Below, in pieces: positions 14,040-22,876 of a stretch of DNA of 52,348 bases. Numbering within the stretch: position 1 is the stretch's first letter; each line of letters begins with the position of its first letter. Both the position numbers and the translations under genes were made by a program. Source of the stretch: an uncultured Chlamydiae bacterium (GTDB lineage Bacteria > Chlamydiota > Chlamydiia > Chlamydiales > Parachlamydiaceae); assembly GCA_963830365.1 (NCBI GenBank), contig CAWHMU010000004.1, forward strand, positions 1-52,348. Direction: 5' to 3'. The notes below the pieces were generated by a model. It was not told where the DNA came from. It saw nothing but the letters and a program-made list of their open reading frames with translations, and searched no databases.

Positions 14040-14471
14040 AATTTTGTAGCTAATCACTTCATTGCGATTTTCTTGCGCCTTACGACGGCAAGAAAGCGCA
14101 CTGATGCGAACAGGGCGATAAAAAATCTAAACAGCCGGGATGTGGAAACTTTAGTTAGCCGTGAATACGGCGGAAGCGTGTCGCTGCGGGTATGAACCAT
14201 TGAAAAGTTCATCAGATATATGTCGCCGTGGCTATGGCGACAGTGCGCTTGAAACTTTGCCGCCGTTGTTGCTTGATGTCATCGACGTTGATAACCACAG
14301 GCTTACGCCTTTTGGTTATCTGTTTCCGCCGAATTCACGGCTAACTTAAACCGCCTGAACTTGGATGTGTCGATGGACGAAATTAAAAAAAAAACAGCCC
14401 AATGTATACCGTTCGGATTTCATGCTGCCGCAAGGCGAGAAAACCTTGGGAAAAAATTTAGTTGCGAAATT
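14040..14471. repeat. nested inverted repeat with inner family C doublet (14151-14346)
   Basis: Inner AGTTAGCCGTGAATACGGCGGAA/TTCCGCCGAATTCACGGCTAACT; outer imperfect AATTTTGTAGCTAA/TTAGTTGCGAAATT and TTTTCTTGCGCCTT/AAGGCGAGAAAA. Confidence 0.75.
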
Positions 14472-14496
14472 CTAATAAAAGTTAAGAAACGTCGGT

Positions 14497-14946
14497 TTAA
14501 GGCTGTAGCCAGAGTTTTTTCTTGTCAATATATTCAAGATAGCGTTTTTCAGCATCCCGCATTTCTTGCCGATCATCATCGTCGATATCGTCATAGCCCA
14601 GCAGATGCAGGAGGCCGTGGATTACATATAAAGATGTTTCTTTGTAAATATCCCCACCGTGCACCTCTACATAATCCTTGGCTGTGGCGGGACAAACAAA
14701 AACATCACCCATGACGCGGTAGCCTGTGGCATCGGCATCATCCATAGGGAAAGAGATGCAATCGGTGGTGGTGGGGTCGTTAAAAAACTGCTGGTGCAGT
14801 GCGCAAATGGCGGGAGTATCTATGAAGTGGATGGAAACTTCGTCATATTTTACATCAGCCTGGGTCATAAAACCCTTAATCAAGGCCTTGATCGATTTGT
14901 CGGAAAGGGGTAGATCTGTTTGATCTTGATTTATTTGTATATCCAT
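14497..14946 (-). CDS. ybeY: rRNA maturation endoribonuclease YbeY
   Basis: TDCISFP, GDVFVCP, HGLLHLLGYDD; start reassigned to MDIQINQ. Confidence 0.95.
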   Translation of the reverse strand: MDIQINQDQTDLPLSDKSIKALIKGFMTQADVKYDEVSIHFIDTPAICALHQQFFNDPTTTDCISFPMDDADATGYRVMGDVFVCPATAKDYVEVHGGDIYKETSLYVIHGLLHLLGYDDIDDDDRQEMRDAEKRYLEYIDKKKLWLQP

Positions 14947-15194
14947 AAAATGTTCTATTTTTTTGCAGGTATATCCAGGATGGTGGTCGTTCGGGAAGTT
15001 TGTACGAAAAAATTCAACCCAAACAGGCAGCCTAAGTAGCGCGGAGGGCAACTGACGTGCAACAAAACACAAGCACATCGACGAAGTGGGTGAAACAAAA
15101 ACAGCCCAGGGCCATAGCCCTGGGAACAATGGTATCAATCACACAGCATCCACGGAGTGAGTGTTGTGATCGTATCCGGATGGGAAAGCGGCAA

Positions 15195-15353
15195 TTATGC
15201 GAGTATGGGAGTCTTTGGTAACCCTTTTACGCTTTTGGCCTGAGGATCCCAACGGTCCAATTTCTTAAGCACGTCTATCCGCTCAAAGCGCTTGAGAACG
15301 TTGCGTTTTTTTGTACCTTTATTTGCTTTGCCAAAGCTTGTGTGTCTAGACAT
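15195..15353 (-). CDS. PVC small basic protein (TIGR04137 / CT421.2-like), 52 aa, absent from ORF track
   Basis: MSRHTSFGKANKGTKKRNVLKRFERIDVLKKLDRW...GLPKTPILA; position upstream of ybeY. Confidence 0.93.
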   Translation of the reverse strand: MSRHTSFGKANKGTKKRNVLKRFERIDVLKKLDRWDPQAKSVKGLPKTPILA

Positions 15354-15429
15354 AAGTCACAACCTTTTAATATTCAATTGATGTCGGAAATTTTTTATTC
15401 GCGCTGGCAAAAGAGACAGCGCCGGTAGA

Positions 15430-15603
15430 TTATTTAATTTTTGGAATAAAAGCTGTGCCTGCCAGATCACCCTGAACGGCGTTGCCATGTTCCTTATAGC
15501 CCTTTGGCAAATTATCGCGCAAGGCTCCAGTCTTAGGGGAGGGGGCGCGATTTTTACGCGGTGAGCGTGCTCTTCTTTCTTCTTGTTTTGCAATGCGTAC
15601 CAT
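15430..15603 (-). CDS. small basic protein CT421.1-like, 57 aa, absent from ORF track
   Basis: MVRIAKQEERRARSPRKNR...AFIPKIK; AGGAG RBS; synteny with chlamydial CT421.1-CT421.2. Confidence 0.8.
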   Translation of the reverse strand: MVRIAKQEERRARSPRKNRAPSPKTGALRDNLPKGYKEHGNAVQGDLAGTAFIPKIK

Positions 15604-15961
15604 AGTAGATTCACTCCTGAAATTCTTTGTAAGACACTATACCTTTGTCGCAGCTATTGTTGCAAGAGTTTTGTTGTGTTATCTTTTTTCTTTGTCCGGC
15701 GGCTGATTTTCTTTTTCGGTGTCTTTTTTTGTTTTCTTGGCTTTTTCGGGTGGTTTTAGACTAAATGGCTTTGGCTGTGGCAAGTTACTGTTGATGCGTT
15801 CAATATCGGGCGTTTGATACACAAATTTTGGAAAGTCATGAAATAATGGGCTTTGAATCGGATTCATCTCTATCACCATAAAGTTAATTACTTTATGGTT
15901 GTATTATAACATATTTAGCATATAATAATCTTTTAATTGTTTTGTGCATTCAAGGGGTGAT

Positions 15962-17506
15962 ATGCGGGGGCCGGTTTATAAAGATAGTCTTGGTCGTTGC
16001 GATGCGCCATCCATGCTTTATGACACCATCCGCAATCCACGCGCCCCCTATATCCCGCCACCGCCAATTGTTTCACCAGACACCATTGAATCCACCCAGC
16101 AGCGCATGAATCGCGAGGTGTTGGAGCGCTTTAAGGGCACAGGCATGCGCCTGCCGCATGATTCTTTTGTGGCGGTGGTAAATATCGGTAAATATCTTTT
16201 TTTGGCCATCATGCTGCCGCCCTATCTTTGCCTCTATGGCATTCCACGCTGGCTGATCGTCATGGCGCTGCCGCAAATGTTTTTGTTTGTTAAAAGCCAG
16301 GCTATGCATATCGGTCGTTTTGTGCAGGAGCTGGCCAAAAGCTTGACCGATCTTATGAAAGGTCTGATTGAGCAGATGATCGGCAACTCGCTTAAAATGA
16401 TGGGACAAAACGCCAAGCATCTGTGGCGGCATCTGGCGGCAGGCTTCAATAAAATTGCCGGCAAAATAGGCACATGGGGTGGTCAAAGCTTGCATCGCTT
16501 GTATGAACTGGCAGAAACAATTCAGCAGGCGTGCCTAAAGCCGTTGAAAAAAATGTATACAAAAAGCGCCGGTGCGTTGCGCAAAGCCGCGGCATGGGGA
16601 CAAGCCAAAAGCGCGCAAATAGCCCTGGCATCCCGGCAAAGCGCTATAGCTGTGCTGCACGTCATCAATAAGAGCATGATCGTGCCCGCCGGCAAGTTCA
16701 TACAAGCGCCGCTCGCTCAGATGCATGCAGTTTCTAAAAATGCCGTGCTCAGGTTTGGTAAAACGGTGACAAGCCTCGCTAAGACAGTTAAGAAAGTCTA
16801 CGATCCCCTCATTAATAGCATCCAAGCGGCGATTAAGCAGGTCGTGGACTATCGCAGACTTGCCTGGCAGTCCTTCATCCAGCCGCCGCTGACGTGGGCG
16901 GGGCAAAAAGTTGCGGCCGCCAGTTCATCCTTTGGCAAGTCTTGCCTAAGCATGGCCGCCTCGGTAACCGCCGCCACGCGTCCGCTGCGCGATAAGATCG
17001 GCGCTTTTATCGCTCCGAAGATTGCTCTGGTCGCTCAGGTGCTAACATACTTGCCAACGGCGGCCATCCAGGCGGTCTATTGGATGTGGCAGCAGATACC
17101 GCCGCCGCTAAAGACGAGTTTGTATAAGCGCTTTGCTGACGCGCGCCGTCGCGGACGCTCCTTTAAAAGTTTTGCGCGGAATTTCGGCACTCGATTTAGC
17201 TACTGCGCCCGCATCATCGACACCACGGTAATCCAGCATGGACGCCTGTTTTGGCAATGGTTTCTGGAGTTTATCGCCGCAGCAAAAAAATGGCTGCGAC
17301 AGCAACTGGTAGACTTGCCGCAAAATATTAGGCGTGGCCTGATCAGCCTCTGGCATTACACTAAATATCTTTCCAAACGCCTGTTATTAGGTACGCGCCT
17401 CACCATTGCCTGGTTGTGGGTGCTGTGCAAGTTAGGTATGGAGCTTGTGCGCGAGCTGAGTAGTGAAATTTCCGGCTGGAGCTCCTTCAATTCCCGAAAA
17501 TTCTAA
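15962..17506 (+). CDS. hypothetical protein, long basic amphipathic helical protein with terminal hydrophobic segments
   Basis: 514-aa ORF, GGGGTGA RBS; no recognised motif. Confidence 0.75.
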   Translation: MRGPVYKDSLGRCDAPSMLYDTIRNPRAPYIPPPPIVSPDTIESTQQRMNREVLERFKGTGMRLPHDSFVAVVNIGKYLFLAIMLPPYLCLYGIPRWLIVMALPQMFLFVKSQAMHIGRFVQELAKSLTDLMKGLIEQMIGNSLKMMGQNAKHLWRHLAAGFNKIAGKIGTWGGQSLHRLYELAETIQQACLKPLKKMYTKSAGALRKAAAWGQAKSAQIALASRQSAIAVLHVINKSMIVPAGKFIQAPLAQMHAVSKNAVLRFGKTVTSLAKTVKKVYDPLINSIQAAIKQVVDYRRLAWQSFIQPPLTWAGQKVAAASSSFGKSCLSMAASVTAATRPLRDKIGAFIAPKIALVAQVLTYLPTAAIQAVYWMWQQIPPPLKTSLYKRFADARRRGRSFKSFARNFGTRFSYCARIIDTTVIQHGRLFWQWFLEFIAAAKKWLRQQLVDLPQNIRRGLISLWHYTKYLSKRLLLGTRLTIAWLWVLCKLGMELVRELSSEISGWSSFNSRKF

Positions 17507-17583
17507 CGCTAGACTTGTCGTGCAGGCTAAAGTCTGCGCCACATTATGCGATGGCAATGCCGCCAAGGCCCAATGGAAATGTG

Positions 17584-17739
17584 CTAGCTAGCTGTCCAAG
17601 TATCAACGAAGATGCCAAGGCTGGCCACCAGCGCCAATACTGCCATGACGGTGTTGGGAACCAATAAGCTGGGGATGGTGGCGGACAGGCCAACTAACAA
17701 CAGATACAGGCATAGGGCAGTGTAGCCGATTTTTCGCAT
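17584..17739 (-). CDS. small two-helix membrane protein, 51 aa, absent from ORF track
   Basis: MRKIGYTALCLYLLLVGLSATIPSLLVPNTVMAVLALVASLGIFVDTWTAS; AGGA RBS; follows the GT gene. Confidence 0.6.
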   Translation of the reverse strand: MRKIGYTALCLYLLLVGLSATIPSLLVPNTVMAVLALVASLGIFVDTWTAS

Positions 17740-17764
17740 AATTATTTCCTATCTCGATTATTTC

Positions 17765-18685
17765 TTATCTCAATGATATGGCATCGGTTTTTTGTAGTTC
17801 TTGAAGACGCGGGATAAACTGCAAGATATCGGTATTTCGGATTTGATTGGCCACTTGGTTGCGTTTGATGCAGGCAGCTTCGCGTTTGTTGTCGCCCCAT
17901 TTTTCATAGCGTGCCAATTTTCGTTCATAGAAGAAGTCTTCATCCCTGGACCAGTAGTGGTGGATGCAGATGATATCTGCTTTGACAGGACGTGCGTGGT
18001 GGAATTTCCAAAGGAAGAGGTTTTTATCGGGATCGACACTGTAGCTCCATGGATAGTAGACGACGGTATGGGGGTCGGTGCAATATTTGACGGATTCTGG
18101 GCGCACGATGCTTTTGCAGTAGGTGTTCATTTCGTCATCGACAGGGGCTTGCTGCAGCAGCTTTTCAATGAGATAGGCGCTTTTGGGGATGCGTTGCACA
18201 TTCGATGTGCCAAAAACCTGCCAATTGACTAAGATGCCGCTGCAGCTTTCATAATCTTTTAGCCAATCTGTGAGGCTCAAAGCTTGCTTTGGTACTAGAA
18301 ACTCATCGGTATCCAATATGGCCAGCCATTTGGTTTGTCCGCTGGCAAGGGCTAAACCATGCCGGTAGGCTGCGGCCTGGATTTTTGTCCAATCGGCCTC
18401 GCTGCCCCACTGGCTTTCATAGGGCCAGTCGTAAAGCTCTACGATACCCGCCGCAACATAGGGTTGCAACACCTCTATGTACTTGTCGGAACTTAGATTA
18501 TTATACAAATAAAAATGTTCCACGCCTACCGTGCGGTGAAAATCGATCCATTCTTTTAGAAAGCGATCTTCATTTTGGAAGATGGCCAGGATGGAAAGTT
18601 TGTGCGGGTGGTCATGCTTTGTCCATACCACAATTGCCGAGCAGGCAAGCAAGCCGAAGATAAGGCACGGCAGAAGTCTTTTCAT
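17765..18685 (-). CDS. glycosyltransferase (GT92 / GT2-like)
   Basis: AIFQNEDRFLKEWIDFH, GVEHFYLYNN, WLAILDTDEFL, KSIVRP; N-terminal anchor. Confidence 0.88.
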   Translation of the reverse strand: MKRLLPCLIFGLLACSAIVVWTKHDHPHKLSILAIFQNEDRFLKEWIDFHRTVGVEHFYLYNNLSSDKYIEVLQPYVAAGIVELYDWPYESQWGSEADWTKIQAAAYRHGLALASGQTKWLAILDTDEFLVPKQALSLTDWLKDYESCSGILVNWQVFGTSNVQRIPKSAYLIEKLLQQAPVDDEMNTYCKSIVRPESVKYCTDPHTVVYYPWSYSVDPDKNLFLWKFHHARPVKADIICIHHYWSRDEDFFYERKLARYEKWGDNKREAACIKRNQVANQIRNTDILQFIPRLQELQKTDAISLR

Positions 18686-18707
18686 AACGATCTCAAAAAA
18701 GTTAAGA

Positions 18708-19133
18708 TTAAGTCTCTTCGATGTGATAGCCTGCAGTTCGGTAGGCGGCTTGGCGCTTGCGCGAAAGCTCTTCCTTGGCAGGGTGCGTGAGGTCTAGCAA
18801 ATCATAAATGATATGAAAATCTTTGGCATTAACCGGCACATCTGCGCATAGATTCACAAACGTTGTGGCCTGGTTGATATTGGCGCTTGATGTCGTGATG
18901 GCCACGCGCTCTTTGACCAGTCCTTCGGCAATCACATGCGGCGTAAAACTATCTTCAGGCATGCGCCACAGAAGATGATCGATATAGACCGCGGCCTCGG
19001 CGTTGGGGACCGCGATGAGTACATTTTCTTTGTGGTAAAAATGGTCATGTACGACGGCACATAGCCTTTGCAGCTTGGTGGTGTTATCGGTGACGCGTAG
19101 GAAAATGACTTGCGGGTTGTGGCTGTGATTCAT
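18708..19133 (-). CDS. holC: DNA polymerase III chi subunit
   Basis: IDHLLW..EDSFTPH, SRKRQAAYRTAGY. Confidence 0.85.
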   Translation of the reverse strand: MNHSHNPQVIFLRVTDNTTKLQRLCAVVHDHFYHKENVLIAVPNAEAAVYIDHLLWRMPEDSFTPHVIAEGLVKERVAITTSSANINQATTFVNLCADVPVNAKDFHIIYDLLDLTHPAKEELSRKRQAAYRTAGYHIEET

Positions 19134-19140
19134 TGATAGG

Positions 19141-19806
19141 CTATTCCTTTAAACTATCCCTGGCAGGCAGCAGGGAATTGGCGCTTTGAAATCCGGGGGA
19201 CATGATACCGCATGAGACGATGAATTTCAAGGCGTCTTCCACCGCCATGTCGACGAGCACCACATCGGCATATTTATAGGTCAGCATGAAGCCGAATGTC
19301 GGATTGGGAGCGCCGGGCACAAAGACGGATACGATATCGCAAGGCAGGCGCGACTTTTGTTCCTGGGTCATCAGGGCAATGGTATGGGCTTTGCTATTTG
19401 GAAACGGCACGATGACGACTTGGGAGAAGGCGTTGCCGCTGGAATCGAAAATTGTGTTCACCACATCTTGAAACATTTTATATAAGTGATTGACAAAAGG
19501 GATTTTTGTAATGGCATAGCCGCCGAAACGAAACAACGTCGCCAGCAGCACTTGTTGTCCTAAAAATCCGATGCCCAACAAGAAAACAACCAACAGGATG
19601 AATACCAATAGCTTGCTGCATAAATACAGCACCTGCGCTGCGGAAAAAAACAAAAGGGGTTTATTCAAGATGTTGTAGTAATTTAATACCGCTTCAACAC
19701 CGCCTTGAAAAGGGTCGGTAAGGAAGTTGAAGGTCCACAGAAATATCAGCAAAGTAAGTGTGAACGGCAGTAACAAGATCAAGCCCGTCAGGAAATTTTT
19801 TTTCAT
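19141..19806 (-). CDS. DUF502 membrane protein (paralog 2)
   Basis: FLTGLILLLP, KIPFVNHLY, VFVPGAPNPTFGF, VEDALKFIVSCG. Confidence 0.9.
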   Translation of the reverse strand: MKKNFLTGLILLLPFTLTLLIFLWTFNFLTDPFQGGVEAVLNYYNILNKPLLFFSAAQVLYLCSKLLVFILLVVFLLGIGFLGQQVLLATLFRFGGYAITKIPFVNHLYKMFQDVVNTIFDSSGNAFSQVVIVPFPNSKAHTIALMTQEQKSRLPCDIVSVFVPGAPNPTFGFMLTYKYADVVLVDMAVEDALKFIVSCGIMSPGFQSANSLLPARDSLKE

Positions 19807-19818
19807 AGCAGTCGCTTC

Positions 19819-20520
19819 CTAGCTGGGCCGGACTATGCCGGGCTGATTCATCAAATTCAATTTCTGCAGCAATTCTGCTGCCGATCCTGCCGGGATGGGA
19901 GACGAAATCATGCCGCAGGAGATGACATATTTCAGGGCATCTTCAACCTTCATCTCCAGATACACCAGATCTTTTTTTTCAAACATGACCAAAAATCCCG
20001 ATGTCGGATTCGGCGTCGTCGGCACAAATACAGCAATGAGCCGATCTCCACCCTGTTTTATCGGTGGCAGGTCGTCTTTGGTGATCAAGCCGATAGCAAA
20101 CGTATCGGGCGTTGGAAAGGGGATCATCACGACTTGTTTGAATGAATTGGTATTGCTGGTGAATAAGGTGTTGATGACATCCTGACAGGTTTTATATACA
20201 GACCTGATGAAAGGGATGCGATGCAGCAGGCGATCCCATAGGTTTATGAGGTAGTTGACGAAAAACCACCGGGCCAGCCATCCCAGCCCGACAGTAAAAA
20301 GGAAGAAAAGGGCTATCACAATCAACTGGCTTAGATACTTTTGAATTTGCTGCGCACTTAAAAATATAAAGCCGTTTTCCAGCAAATGATAACGGCTGAA
20401 GACCACCTTGACAGCGTCAACAAAAGGTTCGGTTAGCATGTTGAAGATAAAGACAAGAATGAACAGGGTCAAAACCAAAGGCAGCGTCAGCACAAGTCCT
20501 GTGATCAAATATTTTTTCAT
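19819..20520 (-). CDS. DUF502 membrane protein (CT421-like)
   Basis: RIPFIRSVYK, VFVPTTPNPTSGF, VEDALKYVISCG. Confidence 0.92.
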   Translation of the reverse strand: MKKYLITGLVLTLPLVLTLFILVFIFNMLTEPFVDAVKVVFSRYHLLENGFIFLSAQQIQKYLSQLIVIALFFLFTVGLGWLARWFFVNYLINLWDRLLHRIPFIRSVYKTCQDVINTLFTSNTNSFKQVVMIPFPTPDTFAIGLITKDDLPPIKQGGDRLIAVFVPTTPNPTSGFLVMFEKKDLVYLEMKVEDALKYVISCGMISSPIPAGSAAELLQKLNLMNQPGIVRPS

Positions 20521-21083
20521 AAGTTACCCTAGAGCGTTGCTGCTATCGTAGCGCGTCGCGAGATAAAATGCTATCTCATATCTAGCCACCTTACTTGCCG
20601 GGGAATTTCACTTTGAATAGCGTATAATTATTGCTATAGATTGATGAAATTTGTGAGGTGTCAAATAGAGCCAGAAATTTGGCAAGGGCAAGGCTGGAAT
20701 CGAGATCTGTAGGATTCTAGCGATTACATTTTGGGTAGTGGGAAGCGCGCTTGCTAGCGCCACCGCGCGCAGACTGGTTCCCTGCCAAAATGCGACCGCA
20801 CTTCAAGTTGTAGCCAGCATCATTGCAGCGGTGACATGGATGATACATAATCTTACCCGTGGAGTTTGCCTGCCGGAGGATTTACTACACTAGGAAATTC
20901 TGGACATGCAAAGCCATATTTGGGAAGCGTTGATGTTTGAGATACGCATTGAACGATCCTCTTCGGAACAGGGCTTATTTTCAGGAATTGCCATCGCTTG
21001 ACCCAGCATCACGATGTAAAGGGCAGCACTGTTGCGTCATCGGCCAGTCGATGCTGTAAATTTATGTATCTCGGAAATTTCAG

Positions 21084-22784
21084 TCATCTCTGCAACTCCA
21101 GGATCCCTTGGGCTATATTATAGCCTATGATGAGAGCCGAGGACGTCGTAGCGCCGTCCATGATATCAGGGCCGATGGAATTATCGGCTACGAACAGGCT
21201 ATTTACGCCATATACCCGTCCATATTCATCGACGACGCCACCTTGATTCAAGGGGGCCATGCGCGCCATACCCATGTAGTTGTGGATGCCTCCATAGAGG
21301 TTGATCTGGTTGCGGATGAATTGCTTCAGCTGGACGGTATCATCGATGATCTCATCAGATAGTCCTACCGGTAAAAATCCCTGGCTGATGAGATAATTCA
21401 TGGCTGGTTGGACATAGGACTTAAAGGCGCGCACCATTAGGTCCATATCGGCCGGCTCGCTAAAGATATCGAGGGTAGACTGCGGAGGTTGCTGAGGATC
21501 AGAGCTTTGGATTTGCACGATGCCGCTGCTTTGCGGTTTTAGCGGGATAATGCTCATGGCTAGCGTGTTTGGCAGGAAATCATATGTTATTATTTCGATG
21601 GCGCGAGTGTTTTTATCGGCATCGGCAGCCGGATCCGGCAGCCAAGCGACCATCTGGGCATAGGCATTGGGGTCGTTTGACGGTTTGGTCATGACATGAG
21701 CGGGTTTCTCGAAGAGCACGACCATATTGGCATGCTCTTTTACTTGCATACCTACATTGGGATTGTCAAATTTTAGAGGGATTTTATATAAAGCGAGCAG
21801 TTCTTTTGGGCCGATTCCAGACTGCTGTAGCAGTGTGCAGCTATTAATGCCTGAGCAAAGGATGACGCCTTTTTTTGCGTAGGCTTTTATTGTCATTCCA
21901 TCCTTTAAGAATTCGACGCCGCTGGCGGTATTTTTATTCCATAACACCCTCAATGCGGTCGAGCTTGTAAGCAGAAGCAGCTGCCGTTTAGCAACGCCGA
22001 TGCCATTGGCTCTCACAACTGTATCATTCAAGAAGGCGGTAGCGGTACTGACTCGGTATTGGCCTTGGAATCCGCTTTGGAAATATTGGATGTAGGGGCT
22101 GACACCGATCGGCGTGGCAGGGTCGTTGTAGTCGATAAGGAAGGGCACGTTGGCGGCGGCTGCCAGAGCGCCAGAAAGCGACACTGCCAGCAGAGTGGGC
22201 TTCGCCGGGGCTTGGCGGATGTCTAACAATCCACTCCTGTTATGAGCGCTAGGATTGAAAAACCCCGGAATGCCGTCGAATTTTTCCATCGATTTAGCGA
22301 TCGTAAGCATGTTTTCGGCAGACCAGCGGGGTCCAGCAATTTGTTCCCAGCTGTCATACAGCTGATTTGTCCCGCGGCAGTAAAATAAAGCGTTGATGGA
22401 TGATTCTCCACCCAGCAGACGTCCTGTTGTCCAATCCGTATCGCGTGCATTGAGTGCAGGCTCGCCGATGGTGTTCCCGGGCCAGAAGTATTCGGGATTA
22501 TTTTCATAACCCACAAGTGGGGCGTTGATTGAGAGTTGGATGTCGGGATCTGTGTTGTGGTTTTTGCCGGCTTCAAGCGCCAGGACGGAAGTCTTCATAT
22601 CATCGGTGAGCCTTTTAGCTACCACAGAGCCGGCAGCGCCAACGCCGATAACGATATAATCGGCATGGTAGGCGCTGCCTTGATGATGTTTTTTGTTTTT
22701 GTTGCCGGCAGCAGCAGTGGACGGAAGTAATTGGCAGGCAAAGCTGAAAAAAGCAAAGAGAATATGTAATTTATGAACAATCAT
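21084..22784 (-). CDS. secreted GMC-family FAD oxidoreductase
   Basis: DYIVIGVGAAG, GRLLGGESSIN, LQQSGIG, HNYMGMARM, GVVDEYGRVYGVNSLFVAD; signal peptide. Confidence 0.92.
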   Translation of the reverse strand: MIVHKLHILFAFFSFACQLLPSTAAAGNKNKKHHQGSAYHADYIVIGVGAAGSVVAKRLTDDMKTSVLALEAGKNHNTDPDIQLSINAPLVGYENNPEYFWPGNTIGEPALNARDTDWTTGRLLGGESSINALFYCRGTNQLYDSWEQIAGPRWSAENMLTIAKSMEKFDGIPGFFNPSAHNRSGLLDIRQAPAKPTLLAVSLSGALAAAANVPFLIDYNDPATPIGVSPYIQYFQSGFQGQYRVSTATAFLNDTVVRANGIGVAKRQLLLLTSSTALRVLWNKNTASGVEFLKDGMTIKAYAKKGVILCSGINSCTLLQQSGIGPKELLALYKIPLKFDNPNVGMQVKEHANMVVLFEKPAHVMTKPSNDPNAYAQMVAWLPDPAADADKNTRAIEIITYDFLPNTLAMSIIPLKPQSSGIVQIQSSDPQQPPQSTLDIFSEPADMDLMVRAFKSYVQPAMNYLISQGFLPVGLSDEIIDDTVQLKQFIRNQINLYGGIHNYMGMARMAPLNQGGVVDEYGRVYGVNSLFVADNSIGPDIMDGATTSSALIIGYNIAQGILELQR

Positions 22785-22876
22785 TTGTCCTCGCTACTCT
22801 TTAAGTTTATAAATAAAGTCCCTTGCTTTAAGGGAATACCTACATTGGTATTATCAAGGCATGCATTGCTGCGCAT

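Noticed and set aside
14947..15138. 64-aa N-terminal extension of YbeY
   Set aside because: Non-ATG start in hairpin-rich intergenic DNA; family similarity begins at MDIQI.
15357..15614. 85-aa ORF from the track
   Set aside because: Overlaps the better supported 57-aa CT421.1-like frame.
15679..15879. 66-aa Lys/Pro-rich ORF
   Set aside because: No RBS or recognisable motif; cannot be told from a chance ORF.
20800..21060. Possible propeller-repeat pseudogene (TLGNSGHAKPYLGSVDV)
   Set aside because: Similarity too short to support by eye.
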